From the NCBI GenBank assembly GCA_963775425.1, contig CAVZJB010000016.1, positions 128,001-192,000 on the forward strand: 64,000 nt of DNA, written 5' to 3'. Below are positions 1-9,758 of this stretch, piece by piece. The DNA comes from an uncultured delta proteobacterium (GTDB taxonomy: Bacteria; Myxococcota; UBA727; VGSZ01). Within the stretch, counting starts at the first letter, position 1; each line of letters starts with the position of its first letter. The position numbers and the translations under genes are program-made. Under the pieces are notes generated by a model. That model saw only the letters and a list, made by a program, of their open reading frames with translations, did no database searches and was not told the origin of the DNA.

Positions 1-1
1 C

Positions 2-331
2 GATCCGCAGACGCGCGCCAAGCTCTTCGCCGCCACCCGCGACGCCGCGTACGAGATCATCGAGCGCAAGGGGTCCACCGCGTACGCCATCGCCGCCGCG
101 CTCGTGCGCGTCGTCGAGGCCGTGCTCAGAAACGAGCGCAGCGTCCTGCCGGTGTCGAGCGTGATCGACGGCGCCTACGGCATCGAGGGCGTGTGCTTGA
201 GCCTGCCGAGCATCGTCGACGAGACCGGGGTAGCCCACGTGCTTCGGCCCGAGATCACGCCGAGCGAGCTCGCGGCGCTGCGCCTGTCCGCCGCCGCCGT
301 CCGGCGCGTCATCGACGACGTCACCGGCTAA
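2..331 (+). CDS. ldh: L-lactate dehydrogenase, C-terminal part (5' end outside window)
   Basis: Frame from nt 2 reads ..RDAAYEIIERKGSTAYAIA..VLRNERSVLPVS..YGIEGVCLSLP, typical of the LDH C-terminal domain. Confidence 0.85.
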   Translation, partial: DPQTRAKLFAATRDAAYEIIERKGSTAYAIAAALVRVVEAVLRNERSVLPVSSVIDGAYGIEGVCLSLPSIVDETGVAHVLRPEITPSELAALRLSAAAVRRVIDDVTG

Positions 332-462
332 AGGCGGCCACCCAGGGCCATCCAAACGCCCACGGCGATGGGCGCGATGATGGCGATCCAGAACCACAGC
401 GGCACGTTCTTGAGGAGCGCGCCGTAGCTCTCGCCTCGCTCGGTGTCGCGTTCGTCGGCCAT
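328..462 (-). CDS. Small single-TM hypothetical protein (44 aa)
   Basis: ATG at 462; MADERDTERGESYGALLKNVPLWFWIAIIAPIAVGVWMALGGRL has one hydrophobic helix. Confidence 0.5.
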   Translation of the reverse strand: MADERDTERGESYGALLKNVPLWFWIAIIAPIAVGVWMALGGRL

Positions 463-540
463 GGCATCACCATAGCCGCGCGCGCCGCGCCGTCCAGTCG
501 TGACCCGGCCCGCTGACCGTGGCCCCGTCACCGCGGCCCG

Positions 541-3500
541 TCACCCCGGCTCGGCCTCGCCCGTCGGGGCCGTGACCGGCAGCGCCACCTCTTCGGTGCG
601 CTCGTCGACGACGGGCGGGGGCGGGGGCGGGGGCGGGGGCACCGTGGGCAGCCCGCGGCCGCGCCACAGCGCGAAGATCGCGGGGTAGACCGTGAGCTCG
701 AGCAGGAACGACGTGACGATTCCGCCCACCATGGGCGCGGCGATGCGCTTCATGACGTCGGCGCCGGTGCCGTCGCTCCACAGGATGGGGACGAGGCCGA
801 TCCCCATGGTCAACACCGTCATCAGCTTCGGCCTGATGCGGCGCGCCGCGCCGTCGACGATGGCGTCCTCGAGGTCGCCGCGGTGGACGAGCAAGCCGTG
901 GTCGAGGCGCCTCCGGTGCGCGAGCTTCAGGTACAGGAGCATCACCACGCCGGTCTCGGCGTCGAGGCCGGCGAGCGCGATGAGGCCCACCCACACCGCC
1001 ACGCTCACGCTGTAGTCGAGCCCGTACAGGAGCCAGAACGCGCCGACGAGCGAAAACGGTACGGCCAGCAGCACGATGCCCGTCTCGGCGACGGAGCGCG
1101 TGTTCATGAACAGCAGGATGGCCACGAGCACGAGGGTGAACGGCACCACCCACAGGAGCTTGTCCTTGGCGCGCTCGAAGTACTTGAACTGCCCCACCCA
1201 CTCGATGCGCGTGCCGGCGGGCAAGGTCACGGCGGCGTCGACGGCGGCCTTGGCGTCCTTCACGTAGTCCGCGATCGGACGCGTGGTGTCGATGAAGACG
1301 TAGCCGACGAGGGAGCCGCCTTCGCTCTTCACCATCGGCGGCCCCGTCACGAACGACACGGACGCCACCTCCGACAGTGGCACCTGCGCGCCGCCTGGCG
1401 TGGCGACGAGGATGCGGCCGAGCGCCGACGGATCGTCGCGCAGCTCGCGGGGGTAGCGCACGTTGATCGGGTAGCGCTCGCGGCCCTCGACGACCTGATC
1501 GATGTTCATCCCGCCGACGGCGCTCTGCACCACGTCGTTGATGTCGGCGACGTTGAGGCCGTAGCGGGCGGCGCGGGCGCGGTCGACGTGGACGTCGACG
1601 TAGAAGCCGCCCGTCGATTGCTCGGCGAACGCGCTGCGCGTGCCCGGGACGCCGCTCACGGCCTTCTCGATGGCGACAGCGGCGCGCTCGATCTCGGCGA
1701 GGTCGTCGCCGAAGATCTCGACGCCGAGCGGGCTGCGGACGCCGGTGGCGAGCATCTCGGTGCGCGTCTGGATGGGCATCCAGAACACGTTGGGCATGCC
1801 CGGGGTGCGGACCTTCGCGTCCATCTCCTTGATGAGGTCGTCCCACGACAGCCCCTCGCGCCACTCGTCCTTGGGCTTGAGCAGCACGGTGGCCTCGACC
1901 ATGCCGATGGGCGCCGGGTCGGTGGCGGTCTCCGCGCGGCCCATCTTTCCGAACACGCGCTTCACCTCGGGGATCGCCTTCAGATCGCGGTCCATCACCT
2001 GGAGCGCGTTTTCGGCCTCCGTCGTCGACATCCCCGGCGGCGCCGTGGGCATGAACAGCACGGCGCCCTCGTTCAAGGGCGGCATGAACTCGCTCGACAG
2101 CGACAGGACCACCGGCACCGTCGCCACCACCACCGCCGCCGCCACGATGACGACCACCACGCGCCGGCGCACGACGAAGCGAACCACGGGCTCGTAGACG
2201 GCGACGAGGAAGCGGTTGAGCGGGTTCCTCCCCTCGGCGAACGCGCGCCCGCGGATGACGAGCGCGGCCAGGGCCGGGGTGGCGGTGACGGCGAGGATGG
2301 AGGCGAAGCCCATCGAGTAGGTCTTGGTGAAGGCGAGCGGGCGAAACAGCCGCCCCTCGGTGCCCTCGAGGGTGAACACCGGCATGAACGACACGGTGAT
2401 GACCAGGAGCGAGAAGAACAGCGAGGGCCCCACCTCCTGCATCGCCCGGATGATCACCTCGCGGCGGTCGTAGGGCCGGCCGCCCTCGCCCGCGCTCTCG
2501 AGGCGCTTGTGGACGTTCTCGATGAGGATGACGGAGGCGTCGACCATGGCGCCGATGGCGACGGCGATGCCGCCGAGCGACATGATGTTCGCGTTGAGCC
2601 CCTGGTAGAACATGGGCACGAACGCCATCAAGACCGCGAGCGGCAGCGTGATGATGGGGACGAGCGCGCTGCGCGCGTGCAGCAGGAACAAGAGGATGAC
2701 CAGGCTCACGACGAGCATCTCCTCGAGGAGCGTGTGCTCGAGGGTGGCGATGGACTTCTCGATGAGCTCCGAGCGGTCGTAGGTGACGACGACGTCGACG
2801 CCCTTCGGGAGCCCCTTTTCGATGGAGGCCAGGCGGTCCTTCACCGCGTGGATGACGTCGAGTGCGTTTTCGCCGTAGCGCATGACGACGATGCCGCCGA
2901 CGACCTCGCCGTTGCCGTCGAGCTCGGCGAAGCCGCGCCGGTCGTCGGGGCCGAGGGTGACGAAGCCGACGTCTTTGACGCGTACGGGGACGCCGTCTCT
3001 GCCGGCCTTGATGACGGCGTCCTCGAGGTCTTTCACGTCCTTCACGTAGCCGCGGCCGCGGACGACGTACTCGTGCCCGGCTATCTCGAGCGTGCGCCCA
3101 CCCACCTCGCTGTTGGAGCGCCGGACGGCGCGGATGACCTCCTGGATGGTGACGCCGCGCGCGTAGAGGCGCACGGGGTCCACCTGCACCTGGTACTGCT
3201 TGACGAAGCCGCCGACGGTGGCGACCTCGGCGACGCCGGGGACGCTCTCGAGCGCGTAGCGCACGTTCCAGTCCTGGAGCGAGCGGAGCTCCTGCAGGTC
3301 GTGCTGCCCGGTCTTGTCGACGAGCGCGTACTCGAAGACCCAGCCGACGCCGGTGGCGTCGGGGCCGAGGGTGGGGACCACGCCCGGCGGCAGCTTGGCC
3401 TGCGCGGAGCTCATGTACTCGAGCACGCGGCTGCGCGCCCAATAGATGTCGGTGTCGTCGTCGAAGATGACGTAGACGAAGGACATGCCGAACATGCTCT

Positions 3501-3777
3501 GGCCACGCACGGCCTTGACGTGCGGCGCCGCCAGCAGCGACGACGAGATGGGGTAGGTGACCTGGTCCTCGACGAGGTCGGGGCTCTGTCCCGGCCACTC
3601 GGTGAAGACGATGACCTGCACCTCGGAGAGATCGGGAATGGCGTCGAGGGGCACCTTCTTCAAGGACAAGAAACCCCACGCCCCCATCGCCACGACGAGG
3701 AGCATGGTGATGAGCGGCTTCTCGGCGCTCAGCCGGATGACCCGCGCGACCGGCCCCTTCGCCTCGCCGGCGCTCAC
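541..3777 (-). CDS. cusA: CusA/CzcA family heavy-metal efflux RND transporter
   Basis: PLDAIPDLSEVQV, LGPDATGVGWV, NIMSLGGIAVAIGAMVD, EFMPPLNEG, RIRPKLMT, MKRIAAPMVGG; GTG start overlaps the upstream TGA. Confidence 0.95.
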   Translation of the reverse strand: MSAGEAKGPVARVIRLSAEKPLITMLLVVAMGAWGFLSLKKVPLDAIPDLSEVQVIVFTEWPGQSPDLVEDQVTYPISSSLLAAPHVKAVRGQSMFGMSFVYVIFDDDTDIYWARSRVLEYMSSAQAKLPPGVVPTLGPDATGVGWVFEYALVDKTGQHDLQELRSLQDWNVRYALESVPGVAEVATVGGFVKQYQVQVDPVRLYARGVTIQEVIRAVRRSNSEVGGRTLEIAGHEYVVRGRGYVKDVKDLEDAVIKAGRDGVPVRVKDVGFVTLGPDDRRGFAELDGNGEVVGGIVVMRYGENALDVIHAVKDRLASIEKGLPKGVDVVVTYDRSELIEKSIATLEHTLLEEMLVVSLVILLFLLHARSALVPIITLPLAVLMAFVPMFYQGLNANIMSLGGIAVAIGAMVDASVILIENVHKRLESAGEGGRPYDRREVIIRAMQEVGPSLFFSLLVITVSFMPVFTLEGTEGRLFRPLAFTKTYSMGFASILAVTATPALAALVIRGRAFAEGRNPLNRFLVAVYEPVVRFVVRRRVVVVIVAAAVVVATVPVVLSLSSEFMPPLNEGAVLFMPTAPPGMSTTEAENALQVMDRDLKAIPEVKRVFGKMGRAETATDPAPIGMVEATVLLKPKDEWREGLSWDDLIKEMDAKVRTPGMPNVFWMPIQTRTEMLATGVRSPLGVEIFGDDLAEIERAAVAIEKAVSGVPGTRSAFAEQSTGGFYVDVHVDRARAARYGLNVADINDVVQSAVGGMNIDQVVEGRERYPINVRYPRELRDDPSALGRILVATPGGAQVPLSEVASVSFVTGPPMVKSEGGSLVGYVFIDTTRPIADYVKDAKAAVDAAVTLPAGTRIEWVGQFKYFERAKDKLLWVVPFTLVLVAILLFMNTRSVAETGIVLLAVPFSLVGAFWLLYGLDYSVSVAVWVGLIALAGLDAETGVVMLLYLKLAHRRRLDHGLLVHRGDLEDAIVDGAARRIRPKLMTVLTMGIGLVPILWSDGTGADVMKRIAAPMVGGIVTSFLLELTVYPAIFALWRGRGLPTVPPPPPPPPPVVDERTEEVALPVTAPTGEAEPG

Positions 3778-5465
3778 GGCGCACCTCCGGCGTCGGGCAT
3801 CCCCATCGAGGCCCCGCACGCCATGCCCTTGGAGGGCGTGCCGGCGTCAGGGGGGCGCGCCGCGCCCTTGGGGGGCGCGGCGGCTTCGGGGGGGCGCTTC
3901 GGCCGCGTGGCGGCTTCACGGGGGCGCGCCGCGACGTCGTCGTGAGGCGCCGCGACGTCATCGTGGGGCGCCGCCTCGGGGGCCAGCGTCTCGCCCTCGC
4001 TCCAAAAGCCCGTGGCGCTCCTCAGGCGGCTCTCGGCGGCGACCACGAAGTTGCCGGACGTGACGACGAGGTCGCCGGGCGAGAGCCCCGCGGTGACCGC
4101 GACGGCGTCCGCGGTCTCGCGACCGAGCCGCACCTCGACCGGGGCGAGGTTGCCGCCGCCGCGGTCGACGAACACGATGCGGCGCTTGCCGGTGTAGATG
4201 ACCGCCTCGCGCGGGATCTGGAGCACGTCGGGGCCGCGCTCCTCGATGGCGACGTCGGCGAACATGTCGGGCAGCAGCGAGTGGTCCTTGTTCGGCAGCT
4301 CGATGCGGATGCGGCCCGTGCGCGTCTTATCGTCGAGGTACGGGTAGATGAACGACACCTTGCCCGGGAGCGTGCGCGCCCCGTAGGAGAGCGTGACGAC
4401 GGCGGGATCGCCGACGTGCACCTGCGGCAGGTCCTGCTCGTAGACGTCGGCCTCCACCCAGACCGTGTCGAGGCCCGCGATGCGGAACACGGTCTTGCCG
4501 GCGTCGATCTTCGAGCCCTCGACCACGTCCTTCACGACCACCACACCCGATGATGGCGCCGTGATCGGCCAGCGCCGCTTGGGCTTGCCCGACGCGATCA
4601 CGTCGTCGATCTGCGCGGGCGAGAGGTCCCACAGGTCCATGCGCCGCCGCGCGGCTTGCGCGAGGCTCGCCTGCATCGCGCCCGCCGCGGTCTTGTCGAT
4701 GCGCTCGGCGGCGAGCAGCTCCACCTGCGCCGCGTACAGCTCGGGGCTGTACAAAAGGAGCAGCGTCTGGCCCGCCTTCACCTTCTGCCCGGGCTTGTCG
4801 ACGAGGAGCTTGTCGACGTAGCCGCCGATCTTCAGCGTGACGTCGTGGAGCTTGGTCTCGTCATAGGTCACGCGACCCACCGCGTGGAGGGTCGCCGACA
4901 GCGGCCCCGTCTTCGCGGGCGTCGTGCGCACGCCCAGCTTCTGCCGTCGCACGGCCTCGATGACGACCGCGCCGCTGTCGCTGGCCGCCGGCTGCGCCGT
5001 CGTCGTCCCGCTCGTCGACGCGGCCCCGTCGGCGGTGAGGCCCTTGATCCCGGTGGTGATGCGATACCGCGCGCGCGCGCCGGCGACGTCGACGTCGAGG
5101 GTCCACGCGCCCTTCATCGGGAGGTCGAACGAGGCGCGGTATACGCCGGGCTTCTCCTCGACCACCGTCGCCGGCGACCGCATCTCCGACATCGAGCCCA
5201 TCGCGGGCATCACGGCCGTGAGCGCGACGTGGGCGCCCGCGAGCGGGGCGCCGCCGCGCTCGACGTCGATGACGAGCGCGTTGTTCTCCTGTCGCGACGG
5301 GTCGGGGTCGAGGTGCGCGCGCAAGGTGACGCCGCCGGCGCGGGTCTCGACCGGAGCGCCGCCGCCGGAGCAACCGGCGACGGCGAGCGCGGCGCTCACG
5401 AGCACGGCGGCGACGACGACGACGACGCGTGAGGGGGCGGCGGGGGGGCGCGGATCAGCGTGCAT
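3774..5465 (-). CDS. cusB: CusB-like RND periplasmic adaptor with N-terminal YtkA/FixH-like Met-rich domain
   Basis: YSPELYAAQ.E, LDTVWVEADVYE, IYPYLDDKTRT, LLPDMFA; N-terminal MPAMGSM motif; lipoprotein-like signal. Confidence 0.9.
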   Translation of the reverse strand: MHADPRPPAAPSRVVVVVAAVLVSAALAVAGCSGGGAPVETRAGGVTLRAHLDPDPSRQENNALVIDVERGGAPLAGAHVALTAVMPAMGSMSEMRSPATVVEEKPGVYRASFDLPMKGAWTLDVDVAGARARYRITTGIKGLTADGAASTSGTTTAQPAASDSGAVVIEAVRRQKLGVRTTPAKTGPLSATLHAVGRVTYDETKLHDVTLKIGGYVDKLLVDKPGQKVKAGQTLLLLYSPELYAAQVELLAAERIDKTAAGAMQASLAQAARRRMDLWDLSPAQIDDVIASGKPKRRWPITAPSSGVVVVKDVVEGSKIDAGKTVFRIAGLDTVWVEADVYEQDLPQVHVGDPAVVTLSYGARTLPGKVSFIYPYLDDKTRTGRIRIELPNKDHSLLPDMFADVAIEERGPDVLQIPREAVIYTGKRRIVFVDRGGGNLAPVEVRLGRETADAVAVTAGLSPGDLVVTSGNFVVAAESRLRSATGFWSEGETLAPEAAPHDDVAAPHDDVAARPREAATRPKRPPEAAAPPKGAARPPDAGTPSKGMACGASMGMPDAGGAP

Positions 5466-6921
5466 GGTGGGCTCCGGCGGCGGCGGCGGTGTCTTTGGGA
5501 GGGTGCGGGAGGGAGACGCCGGCGGCGCGCTCGAGGGCGGCGACGCGGCGGAACAGCTCGGCCCACTCCAGCTTCTCGTCGAGGGTGAGGCGCAAGAGCT
5601 CGGTTTCGGCGTCGACCAGGTCGCGCCAGCTCCCCGGTGCCGCGCCTACCTCGACGGCCGCCTGCGCCGCCTCGATCTCGGCGCGCGCGGAGGGGAGCAG
5701 GCGCTCTTCGTAGACGCGCACGACCTGGACGGCCTCCTGGGCGTCGTTGTGCGCGGTCTCGATCTCGGTGCGCACGCGGTCGAGGAGCGCGGCCTCTTCG
5801 CTCTCGGCGTTGGCGCGACGCGCGTCCGCCTCGTCGACGGCGGCGTCGCGCCGCGGGATCTGCAAGGGCAGGGCGACGGACGCCCCGAGCATCCATTGAT
5901 GCTGCGGCATCGGCCACATCGAGTCGTAGTTGCCGCTGACGGTGACGTCGGGGATGTACGCGAGCTTCGCGCGCCGCCGCTCGGCCTCCGCGCGCTCGAT
6001 GCGCGCGCGCGCAGCCTGCAGCTCCGGCCGCGCCTTGGCGGCGTCGTCGAAGAGCTTCTGCGGCGCCTCGTCGACGATGGCGGGCACGGCGAGCGCCTTC
6101 GGCGGCGGTGGAAGGGGCGCGTTTGGCGGGCGATGCAACAGCGCGTTGATGCGCGCCACGACGTCGTCGTGCTGGTGCGTGAGGATGACGCGCTCACGCT
6201 CGGAGTGCGCGAGCGCGACGTCGAAGCGGAGCGGGTCGGCGAGGCCGGCGCGGCCCGCCTCGAAGCTGCCGGCGGCGCTCTTTCGGAGCGCCGCGAACAG
6301 CGCCGTGAACTCTGTGTTGGTCTCGAGCGCGCGCGCATTTCCGTAGAGCGCCGCGTAGAGCTGACCCGCCGTCTCCGCGAGCGCCTGCGCGGCCTCGCGG
6401 TAGCCCTGGCGCGCGACTTCGACGTCGGCGAGGGCGACGCCGCCCTCCGCGTCGAGGCGCCCCGGGATGGGGAGCTTCTGGCTCAGCTTGACGTTGTGGC
6501 CGAAGGGCACCGGACCCACGCCGACGATCCCCGGGACGCTCAGCGGCGCGAAGCTGTACGAGAGCATCGGATCCTCGAACGCCGTGTCCTGCGGAACCTC
6601 GGCGAGCGCCGCGCGCCACGCCGCGCGAGCCGCCTGCAGGGTCGGGTTGCGCGCGGCGACGGCGCGCACGAGCGCGGCGCGGTCGAGGGCGCCGTCGTCG
6701 CCGGCGACGCAGCCGCCGTCGTCGCACGCGTCGTCGTCGTCGCGCGCCCCGCCGGCGCCGCGGCCCGCGGGCGGCGCCGCGGGGACGGCCTCGCGCTGGA
6801 AGGTGTGTTGGGCCTCGATGAGGTCGGCGTGGGTGGTGCTGGCGCAGCCTCCCACGAGGAGGCCCACGAGGGGGGCGGCGAGCGCGGCCGGTCCGCGCGC
6901 GAACCGGAGGAACCGAGACAT
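5455..6921 (-). CDS. TolC family outer-membrane efflux protein (CusC-like)
   Basis: Lipobox LVGGC, ARNPTLQAAR, LSQKLPIPGRL, RPELQAAR; first structural gene of the RND operon. Confidence 0.88.
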   Translation of the reverse strand: MSRFLRFARGPAALAAPLVGLLVGGCASTTHADLIEAQHTFQREAVPAAPPAGRGAGGARDDDDACDDGGCVAGDDGALDRAALVRAVAARNPTLQAARAAWRAALAEVPQDTAFEDPMLSYSFAPLSVPGIVGVGPVPFGHNVKLSQKLPIPGRLDAEGGVALADVEVARQGYREAAQALAETAGQLYAALYGNARALETNTEFTALFAALRKSAAGSFEAGRAGLADPLRFDVALAHSERERVILTHQHDDVVARINALLHRPPNAPLPPPPKALAVPAIVDEAPQKLFDDAAKARPELQAARARIERAEAERRRAKLAYIPDVTVSGNYDSMWPMPQHQWMLGASVALPLQIPRRDAAVDEADARRANAESEEAALLDRVRTEIETAHNDAQEAVQVVRVYEERLLPSARAEIEAAQAAVEVGAAPGSWRDLVDAETELLRLTLDEKLEWAELFRRVAALERAAGVSLPHPPKDTAAAAGAHHAR

Positions 6922-7011
6922 GCGGAGCTCCTGGTCTGCAGGGCAAGCGCGCGCACGCAAGGCGCGCGCCTTGGCGCCGGTCCGCGCACGAGCGCGGGCC
7001 GGTCGTGCCCG

Positions 7012-7437
7012 TCAGATGAGGAGCGCGCAGTTCTTCAGGTGAAGCGGCGGCCCCGCCGTGGAGCGCGGTGTGAGCGGCGGCGCGTCGCCGGTGGGGAGCG
7101 GGGCCGCGCGCGCGGGCAGCGCGAGCGCCACCAGCGCCACGGCCGGCGGGGCGTCGACGACGACGCGCGCGACGCCGGCCTGCGCCGGGGCGGGCGTGGC
7201 GTCCATCTCGACGCCGGTGCAGCAGTCGCGGCGGCCGACGCTGTCCTGCGCAGGCGCCGCGTGGTGCTTGTGGGAGCAGCAGGAGCGCGCGTGGACGGCG
7301 CGGTCCATCGAGCAGGAGAAGACCTCGAGGTGCGCGCCGGCGCTCGTCAACAGCGCGACGGGCAGGAGCAGCGCGGCGAGCCAGCCGCCGGCGCGGAGCC
7401 GGCGGACGTCGGGCCTGGGGGGCTCACCGCGTGCCAT
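7012..7437 (-). CDS. Cys/His-rich exported leader-type protein (HYC_CC_PP/DUF2946-like)
   Basis: Signal-like segment, FSC, SCCSHKHH, DCC, C-terminal GPPLHLKNCALLI; directly upstream of the efflux operon. Confidence 0.6.
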   Translation of the reverse strand: MARGEPPRPDVRRLRAGGWLAALLLPVALLTSAGAHLEVFSCSMDRAVHARSCCSHKHHAAPAQDSVGRRDCCTGVEMDATPAPAQAGVARVVVDAPPAVALVALALPARAAPLPTGDAPPLTPRSTAGPPLHLKNCALLI

Positions 7438-7579
7438 GCATCCCGAGAGTAACCACGACGAGCGCACGTGTCATTTCCCTCACGCCTCGAGCAAGCGACG
7501 ACCGTGCCACCCGCCCGGGCGCGGTCCGGGCGCCTGGCGCGTGTGCGTTCGCCCGCAGTCCCCGGTGGAAATCGCACCA

Positions 7580-7653
7580 CGCGATCTCGTCGCGGACGGC
7601 GCGCACGCCATCGAGGTCGCCCGCGGCCATGAGCGCGACGAGGCGGCTGTCAT
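7580..7653 (-). pseudogene. Possible remnant of LMWP-type arsenate reductase arsC
   Basis: ATG overlaps the aquaporin stop (ATGA). A nearby out-of-frame DLDGVRAVRDEI resembles the ArsC C-terminal (V/F)RxxRDEI; no CxxNxxRS catalytic loop. Confidence 0.35.
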
Positions 7654-8318
7654 GGGAGCTCCTCGGCGTCGACGAGCAGCCGGAGCGCCAGGGCGGCGAG
7701 CACGGTCCCGGCGCCCTGCGCCACGAGGAACGCCGGCGCGTCGGTGGGGCGGATGCCGGCGAAGGTGTCGCTGAGCGTGCGCGCGAGGGTGATCGCGGGG
7801 TTGGCGAACGACGTCGACGCGGTGAACCAGTAGGCGGAGCCGATGACCGCCGCCACCGCCGCCGGCACCGCGCGCGGGTGGAAGCGCGACACGAGCGCGA
7901 CGACGAGGATGAGGCTGAACGTGGCGACCGCCTCGCTCAACCACAAGGGCGCGCCCGCGCGCGCGTGGGCGGACAGGGTCACCGGCGCGAGCCCGAACAT
8001 CACGTTGGCGACGACGACACCGGCGGCGGTGCCCGCGATCTGCGCGCCGGTGTAGGCGGCGGCGTCGCGCGCGGGCAGGCGACGGCGCGCGGCCTGAAAG
8101 AGCGTGACGGCGGGGTTCATGTGGGCGCCGGAGATCGGGCCGAAGGTCCAGATGAGCACCACGAGCGCCGCCGACGTCGCCAGCGTGTTCGCGAGCAGCG
8201 CGACGGCGCCGTCGTGGGTCAGCCGCTGCGCCATGATGCCAGAGCCGACGACGGCGCAGCCGAGGCCGGCGCTCGCGAGGGCCTCGGCGAGGACGCGCTT
8301 CCCGAGCGGCGCGCTCAC
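7650..8318 (-). CDS. MIP/aquaporin family channel (AqpS-like arsenite channel)
   Basis: GPISGAHMNPAV and YWFTASTSFANPAIT (two NPA motifs), VVGSGIMAQRL; GTG overlaps the sigZ stop. Confidence 0.9.
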   Translation of the reverse strand: MSAPLGKRVLAEALASAGLGCAVVGSGIMAQRLTHDGAVALLANTLATSAALVVLIWTFGPISGAHMNPAVTLFQAARRRLPARDAAAYTGAQIAGTAAGVVVANVMFGLAPVTLSAHARAGAPLWLSEAVATFSLILVVALVSRFHPRAVPAAVAAVIGSAYWFTASTSFANPAITLARTLSDTFAGIRPTDAPAFLVAQGAGTVLAALALRLLVDAEELP

Positions 8319-8935
8319 TCCGCGCACCCGCACGCGCAACTCTCCGCCGCGCAGGGCTGGGCGGCGCGGGGCCACGGCTCGCACGCGACCACCCTGCCGC
8401 GCGCGTCCTGCGGCGTGTGGCAGCAGCGCTCGAAGAGCGCGCGCAGCATGCGCCGGCCGCGCTGTACGCGCGACTTCATGCCCGAGACGGAGATCCCCTC
8501 CATGTGCGCGGCCCGCTCCTGCGTGAGCCCCTCGAGCTCCGTGAGGACGAGGGCCTGCCGGTACGGGCCCGGCAGCTCGGCGACGAGCCCGGACAGGCAC
8601 GCGAGCAGGCCCCGCTGCACGTCGCGCTGCTCATCGTCGTCGTCGTCGCCCGCGGCCCACGGCGGGCCCGCGTCGACGTCGACGGCGTCGATGTCGACGG
8701 CGACCGGCGCGCGCACGCGGGCCCGGCCGCGGTCGGCGACGCAGTTTCTGGCGATGCGGGTCACCCACGGGCCGAAGCGCTCGGCGTCCTCGAGGCCGGC
8801 GACGCCGCGCTGGACGCGCAGGAGGATCTCCTGCACGACGTCGTCGACGTCGGCGGCGGGCACGCGGCGGGCGACGAAGCGCCTCAGCTCGGCGGCGAGC
8901 GCGCTCCAGGACGCGCGGGTGCGGCGGTCGATCAT
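8315..8935 (-). CDS. sigZ: ECF RNA polymerase sigma factor, SigZ-like
   Basis: VDDVVQEILLR, WVTRIARN, LPGPYRQALVLTELEGL, SGMKSRVQRGR..L...CC, characteristic of SigZ. Confidence 0.88.
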   Translation of the reverse strand: MIDRRTRASWSALAAELRRFVARRVPAADVDDVVQEILLRVQRGVAGLEDAERFGPWVTRIARNCVADRGRARVRAPVAVDIDAVDVDAGPPWAAGDDDDDEQRDVQRGLLACLSGLVAELPGPYRQALVLTELEGLTQERAAHMEGISVSGMKSRVQRGRRMLRALFERCCHTPQDARGRVVACEPWPRAAQPCAAESCACGCAE

Positions 8936-8936
8936 G

Positions 8937-9758
8937 TCAGCAACACGATGACGTCGACGCGGACCCGCAGCAACCTCCCCCCTGCGGGCGCACCGCGCGG
9001 ATCTCGGCGGAGGCGACGAAGCCCTCGGCGCCGGATCCGGGGAGCCAGTCGCGGATGAAGGAGCGGCTCTCCTCCTTGACGTCGATGACGACGTCGACGA
9101 AGCCGGCTTCCTCGATCATGGCGCGCAGCTCGTCGATCGCGGGCGCGCCCGCGACGCAGCCGGCGAGCGCCCCGGGATCGTCGCGGAGCGCCGCGGGGAT
9201 CGGCGCCGACGCGACGATGTCCGCCACGGCCACGCGGCCCCCGGGGCGCAGCACGCGGAACGCCTCGCGAAACACGGCGCGCTTGTCGGGGGAGAGGTTG
9301 ATGACGCAGTTGGAGATGACGACGTCGGCGCTGCGGTCGGCGAGCGGCAGCCGCTCGATCTCGCCGAGGCGGAGCTCGACGTTCTTGGCGTCGACCCGTG
9401 CCGCGTTCTCGCGAGCCTTCGCGAGCATCTCGGGCGTCATGTCGACCCCGACGACGCGGCCGCCGTCGCCCACCTGCCGCGCCGCGAGGAAGCAATCGAT
9501 GCCCGCGCCGCTGCCGAGGTCGACGACCACCTCGCCGGCGGCGAGCCGGGCGAAGGACAGCGGGGTGCCGCAGCCGAGCCCGAGGTCGGCTCCTTCGGGG
9601 GCGGCGGCGAGGTCGTCGGCGGCATACCCCAAGCGCAGCGACGCCCCCGGCGCGGGCGCGCAGCACCCCGGGCCGCAGCCGCAGGCGCCGTCGGTGCGGG
9701 CGACCTCGGCGTAGTGGGTGCGGACAACGGCACGGATCTCGTCTTCGTTCGTGGCCAT
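8937..9758 (-). CDS. arsM: Arsenite S-adenosylmethionine methyltransferase
   Basis: LGLGCG.P, VVDLGSGAGIDCFLAA, GVDMTPEML, ISNCVINLSPDK, GCVAGA; Cys-rich termini. Confidence 0.93.
   Translation of the reverse strand: MATNEDEIRAVVRTHYAEVARTDGACGCGPGCCAPAPGASLRLGYAADDLAAAPEGADLGLGCGTPLSFARLAAGEVVVDLGSGAGIDCFLAARQVGDGGRVVGVDMTPEMLAKARENAARVDAKNVELRLGEIERLPLADRSADVVISNCVINLSPDKRAVFREAFRVLRPGGRVAVADIVASAPIPAALRDDPGALAGCVAGAPAIDELRAMIEEAGFVDVVIDVKEESRSFIRDWLPGSGAEGFVASAEIRAVRPQGGGCCGSASTSSCC

Noticed and set aside
3915-3975. 21-bp tandem duplication (AAPHDDV x2) in the cusB tail
   Set aside because: Short coding duplication in a low-complexity tail; no evidence of a separate function
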